Of a stretch of 64,000 bases of DNA, positions 41,213 through 54,076 are shown one piece after another (position 1 is the first letter of the stretch; each line of letters begins with the position of its first letter). Location: positions 39,122,001 to 39,186,000 of the forward strand of contig OZ024755.1 of NCBI GenBank assembly GCA_964016885.1, read 5' to 3'. The position numbers were made by a program, and so were the translations under genes. The notes under the pieces are model-generated. The model did not search any database and had not been told where the DNA came from. It saw only the letters and a program-made list of their open reading frames with translations. This DNA is from Eledone cirrhosa. Its lineage: Eukaryota.

Positions 41213-41519
41213 TACATATTGTCAAACGTTCGTTATTTATTATATTTCCTCTGGGAACTTTGTTTTGTTTTGAACAGATGTTCTAAGTGTTGTTGCTACC
41301 ACCCTCTGGGGGCGTTGAAAAGGTCCAGTGGGGCGCTGGGGCCTAAGGGGATGGTGAGGATGGTAGAGATGATATAATAGTATATTAAATATCAAATGAT
41401 ACATATATATAAATATAGAAAAATAAAAAATACGGCGAAAGCTTCTATTTCTACTGAATTTCAAACAGCTCGCTGTTTCAAAACAAACTTACTTATATAA
41501 TATTTATACATAGTATATA

Positions 41520-41623
41520 TCCCGCCGAGGTTGACTTTGCCTTTCATCCTTACGGGGTCGATAAAATAAAGTACCAGTAATGCACTGGGTAATTGCTGGC
41601 CTTATGCCTAAAGTAGAAACAAG
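41520..41623 (+). mobile_element. SINE, 5'-truncated
   Basis: Core and tail match the SINE consensus. Confidence 0.85.
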
Positions 41624-41852
41624 TATATATTATATTATTTATTATATATAAATTAACGATTTTATCTATTATATATTATTTACAATTTGCGTGTAGGCAG
41701 GTCTGTCTGGAAATAGTGGTGGGGGGTAATGAGGGTGTTACGTGGCCGTGAGGGGGTTCCAGAAGTTTGAGAACCTATGATTTTGAACAATGACGTATCT
41801 ATATCCATTAATGTTATCAACAATGATGCTGTATTATATTACAGTGGATTAT

Positions 41853-42043
41853 CGGTGGATTGGCAGTATAGGTAGAGGGTCGGACGCCATGCTTTGCAGC
41901 ATAGAGTTACGTCCCTTTACGGTCTGAGTTGAATTCCCGCCAAGGTTAACTTTGGCCTTTCATCCTTACGGGGGTCGATAAAATAAAGTACCAGTAATGT
42001 ACTGGGATAATTTCTGGTCTTGTGCTAAAAATAGAAACAATTA
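41853..42043 (+). mobile_element. SINE, near full length
   Basis: Consensus match. Confidence 0.85.
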
Positions 42044-42456
42044 TATTACCAATTCTAGATCTCTGTCCCATCATCTGAATGAAGGGATTGACTCAGTTAT
42101 TGTAGTTTTTTAGAATGCAGGAACGGAGTACAGAAATGGCAATCAATATATTCATAAAATATTATCGTCGCTTTTAAAAACTGCTTCGATATTAACCCCA
42201 AGTCAAGTCCTTTTTATGTTATCTTTTATCGTCGCTTTATCAGATTCGCTGAATAAGTTGATACACGAAGGATTGAATGCAATTGTAGTATTACGTCTGA
42301 CTCTCTGCTATCTAAATTGAAACCCCATCGAGGTCCCCTATCCCGTTCATTGTGTAAGTATTAAGGAAGTAAACTGTCAATGTAGAATTGAAATCTACTC
42401 TTCTCTTTTACTTTCTTTCGCTTTTTCTCTGGAAAATATTTGGCTGTTGCCAAAAG

Positions 42457-42965
42457 TGGAGAACAAGGTCACTTCAGAAGCTCTCTACCTTCCAGAACCA
42501 CATCATGAGACTTATGACTGGCAAGCGGCTCAGCGACTGTATCTGTATCAGTGAGCTGGTCTTGACTGTGTTAATTGAATGACAAGGCCACTTCAGAAGC
42601 TCTTTACATTCCAGAACCACATCATGAGACTTATGACTGGCAAGCGGCTCAGCCAACCATATCTGCATCAGTGAGCTGCTCAACATTACCAAACTTAGAC
42701 CAATTACATCAATTGTCAAGTTAAGAGTACTTAAACTATACGGTCATATAAAAAGATCAACTGGTGGTGTGAGTAGGTTATGTCTGGAAGGAAGGTTGGC
42801 TGGTAGAGAAGCAGAGGCCGGCAGCCAAAACGATGGTTTGACAATGTCAACTTATGGACTGGACTTGATTTTTGCCCTTTGAACTCTGCTGCTGGTGATC
42901 GAAGAAAAACATATCTCATGTTGGTGCGCAGTCTGCAACTGGCGGAGATGAGCGTCACAAGAAGA
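42457..42965 (+). mobile_element. RTE-clade LINE 3' remnant with internal duplication
   Basis: Homologous to 39340-39740. A ~120-bp segment is present twice. Confidence 0.85.
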
Positions 42966-43194
42966 AACGTGGAGAATGGTGTTCTGTGACGAATTGAAGT
43001 CCCAAACAACTATGTCATATTATACAACTCCACCAGGAGATAATAGCCCAAACAAATAAAGCTTAGATAACTAACACTTTAACATAGAATTCTATACAGG
43101 AGTAATGATATCAACTAATGTGAATCTAGATTTGTCTCAGCGTCTCTTTTATTTGAAATGTCCTTCAGAGGTTCTCCACTCCCAACTAAAACGT

Positions 43195-46100
43195 GTCGTA
43201 TTTGTGAGTCTGATATAACGTTTGCTTGAAAGATCCTCATAACTTCCTCAAGAAGATGTCACATCTGTTAACACTGGAGTTGTCGTATTTGTGAGTCTGA
43301 TATAACGTTTGCTTGAAAGATCCTCATAACTTCCTCAAGAACATGTCACATCTGTTAACACTGGAGTTGTCGTATTTGTGAGTCTGATATAACGTTTGCT
43401 TGAAAGATCCTCATAACTTCCTCAAGAACATGTCACATCTGTTAACACTGGAGTTGTCGTATTTGTGAGTCTGATATAACGTTTGCTTGAAAGATCCTAA
43501 CTTCCTCAAGAACATGTCACATCTGTTAACACTGGAGTTGTCGTATTTGTGAGTCTGATATAACGTTTGCTTGAAAGATCCTCATAACTTCCTCAAGAAC
43601 ATGTCACATCTGTTAACACTGGAGTTGTCGTATTTGTGAGTCTGATATAACGTTTGCTTGAAAGATCCTCATAACTTCCTCAAGAACATGTCACATCTGT
43701 TAACACTGGAGTTGTCGTATTTGTGAGTCTGATATAACGTTTGGTTGAAAGATCCTCATAACTTCCTCAAGAACATGTCACATCTGTTAACACTGGAGTT
43801 GTCATATTTGTGAGTCTGATAAAACGTTTGCTTGAAAGATCCTAACTTCCTCAAGAACATGTCACATCTGTTAACACTGGAGTTGTCGTATTTGTGAGTC
43901 TGATATAACGTTTGCTTGAAAGATCCTCATAACTTCCTCAAGAACATGTCACATCTGTTAACACTGGAGTTGTCGTAATTGTGAGTCTGATAAAACGTTT
44001 GGTTGAAAGATCCTCATAACTTCCTCAAGAAGATGTCACATCTGTTAACACTGGAGTTGTCGTAATTGTGAGTCTGATATAACGTTTGCTTGAAAGATCC
44101 TCATAGCTTCCTCAAGAACATGTCACATCTGTTAACACTGGAGTTGTCGTATTTGTGAGTCTGATATAACGTTTGCTTGAAAGATCCTCATAACTTCCTC
44201 AAGAACATGTCACATCTGTTAACACTGGAGTTGTCGTAATTGTGAGTCTGATAAAACGTTTGGTTGAAAGATCCTCATAACTTCCTCAAGAAGATGTCAC
44301 ATCTGTTAACACTGGAGTTGTCGTAATTGTGAGTCTGATATAACGTTTGCTTGAAAGATCCTCATAGCTTCCTCAAGAACATGTCACATCTGTTAACACT
44401 GGAGTTGTCGTATTTGTGAGTCTGATATAACGTTTGCTTGAAAGATCCTCATAGCTTCCTCAAGAAGATGTCACATCTGTTAACACTGGAGTTGTCATAT
44501 TTGTGAGTCTGATAAAACGTTTGCTTGAAAGATCCTAACTTCCTCAAGAACATGTCACATCTGTTAACACTGGAGTTGTCGTATTTGTGAGTCTGATAAA
44601 ACGTTTGCTTGAAAGATCCTAACTTCCTCAAGAAGATGTCACATCTGTTAACACTGGAGTTGTCGTATTTGTGAGTCTGATATAACGTTTGCTTGAAAGA
44701 TCCTCATAACTTCCTCAAGAACATGTCACATCTGTTAACACTGGAGTTGTCGTATTTGTGAGTCTGATATAACGTTTGCTTGAAAGATCCTCATAACTTC
44801 CTCAAGAACATGTCACATCTGTTAACACTGGAGTTGTCGTATTTGTGAGTCTGATATAACGTTTGCTTGAAAGATCCTCATAACTTCCTCAAGAAGATGT
44901 CACATCTGTTAACACTGGAGTTGTCGTATTTGTGAGTCTGATAAAACGTTTGGTTGAAAGATCCTAACTTCCTCAAGAACATGTCACATCTGTTAACACT
45001 GGAGTTGTCGTATTTGTGAGTCTGATATAACGTTTGCTTGAAAGATCCTCATAACTTCCTCAAGAACATGTCACATCTGTTAACACTGGAGTTGTCGTAT
45101 TTGTGAGTCTGATATAACGTTTGCTTGAAAGATCCTCATAACTTCCTCAAGAACATGTCACATCTGTTAACACTGGAGTTGTCATATTTGTGAGTCTGAT
45201 AAAACGTTTGCTTGAAAGATCCTAACTTCCTCAAGAACATGTCACATCTGTTAACACTGGAGTTGTCGTATTTGTGAGTCTGATAAAAGGTTTGCTTGAA
45301 AGATCCTAACTTCCTCAAGAACATGTCACATCTGTTAACACTGGAGTTGTCGTATTTGTGAGTCTGATAAAACGTTTGCTTGAAAGATCCTAACTTCCTC
45401 AAGAACATGTCACATCTGTTAACACTGGAGTTGTCGTATTTGTGAGTCTGATATAACGTTTGCTTGAAAGATCCTCATAACTTCCTCAAGAACATGTCAC
45501 ATCTGTTAACACTGGAGTTGTCGTATTTGTGAGTCTGATATAACGTTTGCTTGAAAGATCCTCATAACTTCCTCAAGAACATGTCACATCTGTTAACACT
45601 GGAGTTGTCGTATTTGTGAGTCTGATATAACGTTTGCTTGAAAGATCCTCATAACTTCCTCAAGAAGATGTCACATCTGTTAACACTGGAGTTGTCGTAT
45701 TTGTGAGTCTGATAAAACGTTTGCTTGAAAGATCCTAACTTCCTCAAGAACATGTCACATCTGTTAACACTGGAGTTGTCGTATTTGTGAGTCTGATATA
45801 ACGTTTGCTTGAAAGATCCTCATAACTTCCTCAAGTACATGTCACATCTGTTAGCACTGGAGTTGTCGTATTTGTGAGTCTGATATAACGTTTGCTTGAA
45901 AGATCCTCATAACTTCCTCAAGAACATGTCACATCTGTTAACACTGGAGTTGTCATATTTGTGAGTCTGATAAAAGGTTTGCTTGAAAGATCCTAACTTC
46001 CTCAAGAACATGTCACATCTGTTAACACTGGAGTTGTCGTATTTGTGAGTCTGATAAAACGTTTGGTTGAAAGATCCTAACTTCCTCAAGAACATGTCAC

Positions 46101-46375
46101 ATCTGTTAACACTGGAGTTGTCGTATTTGTGAGTCTGATATAACGTTTGCTTGAAAGATCCTCATAACTTCCTCAAGAACATGTCACATCTGTTAACACT
46201 GGAGTTGTCGTATTTGTGAGTCTGATATAACGTTTGCTTGAAAGATCCTCATAACTTCCTCAAGAACATGTCACATCTGTTAACACTGGAGTTGTCGTAA
46301 TTGTGAGTCTGATAAAACGTTTGGTTGAAAGATCCTCATAACTTAAGACGTCACATCTGTTGCCACTGGAGTTTT
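43195..46375. repeat. 87/84-bp satellite, about 37 copies
   Basis: Unit gtcgtatttgtgagtctgatataacgtttgcttgaaagatcct(cat)aacttcctcaagaacatgtcacatctgttaacactggagtt. Confidence 0.97.
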
Positions 46376-46409
46376 CCCTAGTTTCTCAATGAACCAAAAC
46401 CTATAACAT

Positions 46410-47362
46410 AGCACCACCACCATCTCCACCACTAACACCAACACCACACCATCACCAACACCACACCATCACCACCACCACTACATCACCACCATCACTG
46501 TAATCACCCCCACACCATCACCACCACCACCACCACCACTAACACCAGCACCACCACCACCACTAACACCAACACCAACACCACACCACCACAAACACAA
46601 TCACCACCACCGCCACCACCACCACTACCACCATCGCTCTACACCACTAACACCAACACCAACACCACAACACCACAATCACCACCACCGCCACCACCAC
46701 CATCACTCTACACCACTAACACCAACACCAACACCACACCACCACAATCAACACCACCGCCACCACCACCATCACTCTACACCACTAACACCAACACCAA
46801 CACCACACCACCACAATCACCACCACCGCCATCACCCTACACCACCACCACCACTACCACGATCACTCTACACCACTAACACCAACACCACACCACCTCA
46901 ATCACCACCACCACCACCACCACCATCACTTTATATCACCACCACCACCACCATCACTCTACACCACTAACACCAACACCAACACCAACACCACAATCAC
47001 CACCACCGCCATCAAACCTATATCATTAACACCAACACCAACACCACACCACCACAATCACCACCACCGCCATCACCCTACACCACCACCACCGCTACAA
47101 TCACCACCGCCGCCATCACCCTACATCACCACCACCACCACAACCAACCGCCACCGCCATCACCCTACACCACTAACACCAACACCAACACCAGACCACC
47201 ACCGCGATCACCCTACACCACCACCACCACCACCAACACCACACCCCCACAATCACCCCCACCCCCACCACCACTAACACCAACACCAACACCACGCCAC
47301 CACAATCACCATCACCACCCTACACCACCATCAACACCATTACCAACACACCAACATCGCCA
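46410..47362. repeat. (CAC/CAA)-rich low-complexity repeat
   Basis: Degenerate accaccacc/caacac units. Confidence 0.9.
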
Positions 47363-47951
47363 CTTCCTTGTTTATATTGAAATTTATTTATCATGTATAT
47401 TTATGTGTTTTGTGCGGTGGGGTGTTGTACTTGTCTGGCAAATAACTTCATCAGAGGCTGTGTTGTGTTGAAATTAATTTTATTGCATCGCGGAAGATTT
47501 ATTTTAAACATTCAAAAAACACAAGAAAATTGTTAAGGTAACATTTATCGTTCTTTTCTTAGTGTTATGACAATTTCCAAGACATAAATATATGTATTTA
47601 TAAAGTATTAATAGTTTTTCTATGATGTTTAATGGTTAAAACGACTCTTCCACGCTGTAATCTCCTTATAATATATAACCAGCAATTTCTCTGTCTGTCT
47701 GTCCGACAGTGGAAACACGTGCGCGCGTGGTTGGTTGCTATCTCTCTCTCTCTCTCCAGCTATCCCTCTCTTTTAGTCTGTCTGTTTCTCTCACTCTCAC
47801 TCTTTCTCTTTGTAACACACTAACATTCCTCCCCTCTATGGCTGTGACGAATGGGGAGATGGAGGAGGAGGAGGAGGAAGAGAGAGTCACTTCGTCACTT
47901 CACCTCTGCCTTTCTTTCTCTCCCCTCTCACTCCCTCATTACGTACAGACA

Positions 47952-48147
47952 TTAGGGCGGTGGATTGGCAGAATCTGTAGAGAGTCGGACACCATGCTTC
48001 ATAGCATGGAGTTACGTCCCTTTACGGTCTGAGTTCAAATACCGCCGAGGTTAACTTTGCCTTTCATCCTCACGGGGTCGATAAAATAAAGTACCAGTAA
48101 TGTACTGGCTAATTGCTGGCCTTGTGCCAAAAGTAGAAACAATTATT
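47952..48147 (+). mobile_element. SINE, full length
   Basis: Starts tagggcggtggattggcag, with B-box, core and tail. Confidence 0.88.
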
Positions 48148-48265
48148 AGAAACATTGCTTCATTTTTACATATCTAAGCATTAGTAAAATAACTAATAAT
48201 TTCAAAAGTAATTTTTCAATTCCAATTGTTATGAACAGCAAAACATTAATAATAATTTTGTTCTA

Positions 48266-48610
48266 AGAAATATATATACATTTCTGTGTGTGTAATATAT
48301 ATATATATACACACACAGAAATATATATACATTTCTGTGTGTGTAATATATATATATACACACCGAAATATATATACATTTCTTTGTGTGTAATATATAT
48401 ATATATACACACACAGAAATATATATATATACACAGAGAAATATATATACATTTCTGTGTGTGTAATATATATATATATACACACAGAAATATATATACA
48501 TTTCTGTGTGTGTAATATTATATATATATATATATATATACACACACAGAAATATATATACATTTCTGTGTGTGTAATATATATATATATATACACACAC
48601 AGAAATATAT
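48266..48610. repeat. Tandem array of self-complementary ~45-55-bp units
   Basis: Unit acacagaaat-atatatac-atttctgtgt plus a gtgtaa(ta)n spacer, about 7 copies. Confidence 0.85.
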
Positions 48611-49094
48611 GGGCATTTCTCTGTTTGTCTGTCTGTCTGTCTATCTGTCCTTCCCTAAAACTCAAATGTAGGTGCTACAGAAATATTACCTTCCCCTTCC
48701 TTTCTCCACTTTGGTACTACCAAGAGAAACACTGTCGCTATAGAAACATTACCTTCCCCTCTCCACTGACTCTGGTCACTGAGGCCGAAGGAATCGCTGG
48801 TCGCTATAGAGACAGTTCGAGGCGGTTCTGACTTGACACCATGCCAAGGACCATTTGAAGATATATTTCCATCGTTATATCATAACGTTTATGTATCATA
48901 ACGTTTATATTTCTGTCACTAATCTCTTTTTCTCCTTTTTCGTTTTAACATATATTTATTTCAAAGATTTCACCGTATAGATAACATATATATTTATACA
49001 TGCATAAAAGACACACCGAGAGACGGTGAACATGTGGTGCCGAAAACATTTTTCATCCAAATCTCAACAATATCAGTATATACACTAGATTTGC

Positions 49095-49300
49095 TAGCAG
49101 AAAACTGCCCACCGGGTGGTTTTCTGCTAGTCTATATATATAAAACTGTTGTTGTCTGTGTGTCCTCATTTTTGAAAAGTTTATACAAATCCACATTTCT
49201 ACTCCGATTGACTTCAAACTTGTATTTATATATTCCTTGCGGTCTAAAGATACTAACTGCAGGTTTTATTTTTCAATTTTCTGTTGTTAAAGGGGTGTTA
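49095..49300 (+). mobile_element. Helitron-like 3' end abutting a Helitron-like 5' part
   Basis: Hairpin gcagaaaac..gttttctgc plus CTAG-T at ~49128-49132, then tctatatatataaaac..tgtctgtgtgtc..ccgattgacttcaaactt. Confidence 0.5.
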
Positions 49301-49379
49301 TCGATCTCCATCGAGCCCTTATAATATCTGTCTGTAGGTCTGGCTGTGTGCATAACGATATACTGACGAACACGTCATT

Positions 49380-49480
<101 letters not shown>

Positions 49481-49970
49481 ACACGTACATATATATATAT
49501 ATATATACATCTAAAGAGAGAAAGGGAGATGTAGAGAGAGAAAGAGAGATGTAGAGAGAGAGTGAGATAGGTCGTTATACAGAGAGAGGTACAAGATATT
49601 CAGATAGAGAGAGAGAGAGAATGGCGACGAACACACACGCACACACACGCACACACACAAACATATATATATATAAAGACAGAGAGACAGAGAGAGTGGG
49701 GGAGAGAGATCTGCGCGTTCTTTACTGTTCTCCATTCTGTAGAGGAAGAGTGAGAGAGGGGTTATGAGTGAGAGATTGAGAAAGAGGTTATGAGAAAAAA
49801 GGGAGAGAGGGGTTGAGAAAGACAGAGAGTGAGGAACTTTAACTTTTATCTATTCTTTACACACTGTTCAACTCTCCCCTTTCCTCAACCTAACGTCTCT
49901 TTCTCTCTTTCAGGCAAGACGTACCGTGACTGTGTGTGTTATATATATTTATGTCCACACACACACACAG

Positions 49971-50046
<76 letters not shown>

Positions 50047-50098
50047 GGAAATCAGTAAAATCGAATCTCTGGCGGTTTGCAAGTAAATTCGGCCTACT

Positions 50099-50129
<31 letters not shown>

Positions 50130-50274
50130 AGGGTTGACGGACCCAGCATATTTATCAATGCCAGTACCGGTTGTATCTCAGCGCACTCAATGGCCAATGT
50201 AAGATACATTACCAGAGTATACACATAGTTATTTGCCTCAACACAACACACGTAGAACGGGTGCCTATAAGGTT

Positions 50275-50384
50275 CCAGGACTCTAGTTTCTGCCGCACTA
50301 ATGCAGCAGTAAGGTGCACTGCACCATCTGTCTGCATATATTATGCAACAATGCACAATCGGCTTATGCGGCTTCATCAGCGGG
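50275..50384 (-). ncRNA. Type I hammerhead with long stem II insert, intact core
   Basis: Reverse complement: cccg-CTGATGA-a-gccgca..insert..tgcggc-a-GAAAC-taga-GTC-ctgg, inside a pLTR-like region at ~50125-50450. Confidence 0.65.
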
Positions 50385-50821
50385 TATCGCCTAATCAATA
50401 ACTAATCGATCGACAGACTCCAAACACCTGCCCATGCCGGTCATGACTGTTTGTGACAACTGACACGGTAAAGCGATTACCAACTGGCAACCGATAGGAC
50501 TATCTCTCAACTAGCCACTGATTTACAAATTTTACGTGGGGACGGGAAGCTAAAAAGAATCAATGTTTTAGTTCCTGTCAGAACCTCTCAACCAACGTGT
50601 CTCACACACAAATTATCAAGGGGTGAAAAGATGGCTATTAGAAATAGCAGTTCACATTGATATAAAATAGAATGGTAGCATTCGATTCATGTCTCCAAGC
50701 CCCATGGCTAGAGGAAAGCGATGGTAACAATGGTAGTGCCAAGAACCTTTAACGGACTTTAAATGCGATCATCCATTATATAACAATATAGTAGCGAGCT
50801 GAAATATATATATATATTTGT

Positions 50822-51130
50822 CATAAGAACAGATTAAAGTTTAAGCAAAGAATCGTTGCTTTCAACATTAACGGGATCTTCTGAAACTAAAAAATTCAAT
50901 CTGTGAACGCAGAAGTAAATATTTCGAGAAACATTGCAACCGAAGGAAAACAGGAAGACGATATTTTGGTCCGCGAAGACGTTCCTTGGCAATGAACGGA
51001 AAAAAGCGAGGATATTACGTCTTTATGTGGACGGAAAAGAACAATTTCATGCAAAGACAAGACCAAGTTTATGGTGTAAATGGAGTTGTTACACTAATGT
51101 TCTATTTAAAATAACCGAATGATTTCCTGC
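50822..51130 (-). mobile_element. Family B pLTR-like copy
   Basis: Homologous to 2075-2520. Confidence 0.75.
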
Positions 51131-51324
51131 CCCGGAGTTTAAGAATGATGTAAATAAAATTGTAAACGAAAATGACAGAGGTTATTAAAATAGTAAAAGT
51201 AAATAGTGAAGATTTAGGCCAGTACATACGTATACGCCGACGGACATACACATACATATACATACGCACACACAAATACATAGACACACACAAATACACA
51301 TACAAACGTGTGCGCGCGCGCGTG

Positions 51325-51762
51325 TGTGTGTAAGCCTTATGCATTTCTACAGCATTTTCACCAAACTTAAGACATAAGTTACTTATGTACTCCGGATGGT
51401 CATGGACACTTTCATTTTTCCAGATATTGATTATAGGGACTCCCGGCAGATAACCCCCTTTAACCACTTCTTTGGAGTCGACGGAAGCACTGCAGTGCAA
51501 TACAACAAAACGTCATAACTTCTGGAGTTCGCAACCGATTTTCACAAAACTTGACACATGGGCTACATTTGTTCTACAGATGAATGTGAACTCTCAGAAT
51601 TGGCACATATTGAGTAGGGGATCCCTGGGGGCAGGAACCCCCTTTTGGAAAAAGCCGATGATTTTTTAAAAGTATAGTTTTCGAAGCAGCACAGAAGTAT
51701 TGACATAAATGGTATACATAACTGCTATTTAATACCCGAGCAACGCCGAGTACCTCTGCTAG
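51325..51762 (+). mobile_element. Helitron-like non-autonomous element, 3' part
   Basis: Internal caccaaactt and accgattttcacaaaactt motifs. Ends with cccgagcaacgccgagta..gCTAG-t. Confidence 0.55.
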
Positions 51763-51782
51763 TCTAAACTATAATAAATATA

Positions 51783-51998
51783 CAGGGTGTGTCAGAATTC
51801 ATGACTCACTTGATTATTTATAGATCTCGTAACAAAAAATGTCATAAAACAAGTTAAGGAATATAATGGAATATAAATTAAGAAACCTGTTAAGAATATT
51901 AAGAAATAAAATAATAAATTAAAACAATACAATAACAATAAAATAAGCATGTTAAGAAATATAACTAACAAGCGAGTCATGAATTCTGGCCCACCCTA
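51783..51998. mobile_element. Tc1/mariner-type MITE
   Basis: TIRs cagggtgtgtcagaattcatgactcacttg / caagcgagtcatgaattctggcccacccta, with TA on both sides. Confidence 0.85.
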
Positions 51999-52002
51999 TA
52001 TA

Positions 52003-52450
52003 CAGTGGAACCTCGGTTCACGAACTCCTCTTTTTAAGATAGGAGCGTCCACGTCGTGGTCCTGTGAGTTGATAACATCGACTAGTTTGACAAGATATTT
52101 CTAATCTTATCAACACCACAAACAACATTTATAAGCAACAGAACAGCTAAAACCGACGCCAAGAGCTACAAGCTACGGAACACCAAGGTGGACACGATAA
52201 GAACACCAACACATCGGTTCACGAACAATTTTTCCGAACTTAAAATGTCTCGGTTCACGATGGTGCCTCGAGTAACGAACACGCACGCCAGGAAAAATAG
52301 TTGGCAACAAGTTGGGAGACAAGAAATTGTCACTTGCTGTGTAGTTAGTTACTATGGAGATGTCTTCCAAACACACATTGTCTCTCTCCCTCTCCCTCAG
52401 TCTTTCTCTCCCTCTCTCTCCCTCAGTCTTACTCTACCTCCCTCAGTCTT

Positions 52451-52490
<40 letters not shown>

Positions 52491-52677
52491 TCAGTCTTTC
52501 TCTATCTCTCCCTCAGTTTCTCTCTCTCTCTCTTTCCCTTTCCCTCAGTCTTTCTCCCTCTCCCTCAGTCACACGCACAACCCCCACCCCCTCTCTCAAC
52601 ATTTCGTATATAACGATAACTTTGGGTGGCGAATGGCTTTCAGGAACAGATTAAGTTCGTGAACAGAGGTTCCCCTG
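52003..52677. mobile_element. Tigger/pogo-type MITE
   Basis: TIRs cagtggaacctcggttcacgaac / gttcgtgaacagaggttcccctg, TA TSD, internal cggttcacga repeats. Confidence 0.85.
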
Positions 52678-53099
52678 TATTACGCTGTTTGAATTACATT
52701 GAATAAAGTACAGCTTTGTGACTTTGTGTGGATAGGAAATATTTATATTCTCGCATTTTTCTAATATATTCTTAAGCCGTGGATTGGGACATGTCATGTC
52801 CTCTTTTATCATGAAAACGAAAGGTATGTGCTGACGTGGCTACGTTGAGGTACGCGATGTAGATAGGATACTTACGTAACTAGTGTTTCTTAGTAATGGT
52901 GTAAATTGATTCCATGTGGCAGATTATTCTTATCTTTTCTTAATAGCTCCAGTATTTGTTTTGGAATGTTCTACAAATATCCTCTCAGATGCAAGCAACA
53001 AAAATGTCTAAGTTACATGAATATGTTGTGAATACACATTAACATACATTGATATTCTGACAATTAAATATATATATATATATACATATATAAATATAA

Positions 53100-53280
53100 A
53101 TTCAGTGAGAATCGCATTTCGGCGAGTAGAAAAAGCGAAACGAAACGCAAAAATCAGAATTCTGCTGGCAAACGCTCCATAGTTAAAAAACCAGAGCTAA
53201 ACAATATGTTAAAACGCCATACATAACTGAAAAAGTGGTCAAGAAGGCATCAACCACCTAAGCCAAAAAGCAAATCAAGT
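53100..53280. mobile_element. Diverged family C copy
   Basis: agtgagaatcgcatttcggc..ccagagctaaacaa resembles 56394-56560. Confidence 0.5.
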
Positions 53281-53489
53281 ATATACATATATATACATAT
53301 ATATACATATATACTCCTTCTTATACTCCTCCCCCACCATTCTTTACTCTCATCTCCTCCTCTTCCTTACCTTTTCCAACCCCCCTCACTTTTTCCCAAT
53401 CTCATACATCAATCTTAAATTATTTTTCATATGTTGATTTAAAACTTCACTATTCACAAGTGTTTTTTAAGCTTCATATCATGTATCCC

Positions 53490-53560
53490 TATTTTATCTG
53501 ATGAGAACGCAGATATCATCCCATGATTACATTTGTTTTTGAAATGCGCATAATAAAATA
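53490..53560 (+). ncRNA. Type I hammerhead, intact core
   Basis: Perfect 8-bp stem I tattttat/ataaaata, CTGATGA (53498-504), GAAA (53541-44), palindromic atgcgcat stem III, AUA site. Confidence 0.8.
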
Positions 53561-53648
53561 CTTGGAACTCTTTTAACCATCTTTTGATCTTATACATATA
53601 TATTTATATATTTATATATATATTTATATATATATTTATATATAAATA

Positions 53649-53693
<45 letters not shown>

Positions 53694-54040
53694 TTATATA
53701 TATATTTATATATTTATATATATATTTATATATATATATATTTATATATATATATATTTATATATATATATATTTATATATATATTTATATATTTATATA
53801 TTTATATATATATTTATATATATATATATATTTATATATATTTATATATATATTTATATATATATATTTATATATATATTTATATATATATTTATATATA
53901 TATATATATTTATATATATTTATATATATATTTATATATATATATATATTTATATATATATTTATATATATATTTATATTTATGTGTGTGTCATGTCTCT
54001 GTGTGTGACTCTCTCTCTCTCTATCTCTCTCGCTCTCTAT

Positions 54041-54074
<34 letters not shown>

Positions 54075-54076
<2 letters not shown>

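Noticed and set aside
41274-41780. Possible hAT-type MITE ending tttgagaacctatg
   Set aside because: No convincing matching left TIR or 8-bp TSD.
44449-46095. Repeated 28-aa ORFs
   Set aside because: They occur only where in-frame 84-bp satellite variants are adjacent.
43195-46375. CRISPR-like appearance of tandem arrays (also 9245, 32873, 57748)
   Set aside because: No unique spacers, no cas genes, and a eukaryotic context.
46410-47362. Mucin- or His-rich coding repeat
   Set aside because: No long ORF in the track; a simple trinucleotide-derived repeat.
47952-48147. Possible tRNA genes (A-box and B-box)
   Set aside because: No cloverleaf, and the boxes are followed by the SINE core and tail in many copies.
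49889-49930. Branch point, polypyrimidine tract and CAG acceptor-like site
   Set aside because: No credible exon or donor follows, and the context is CT-rich low complexity.
52870-52975. Possible minus-strand exon (tag..gtaagt)
   Set aside because: All three frames contain stops and no partner exons are evident.
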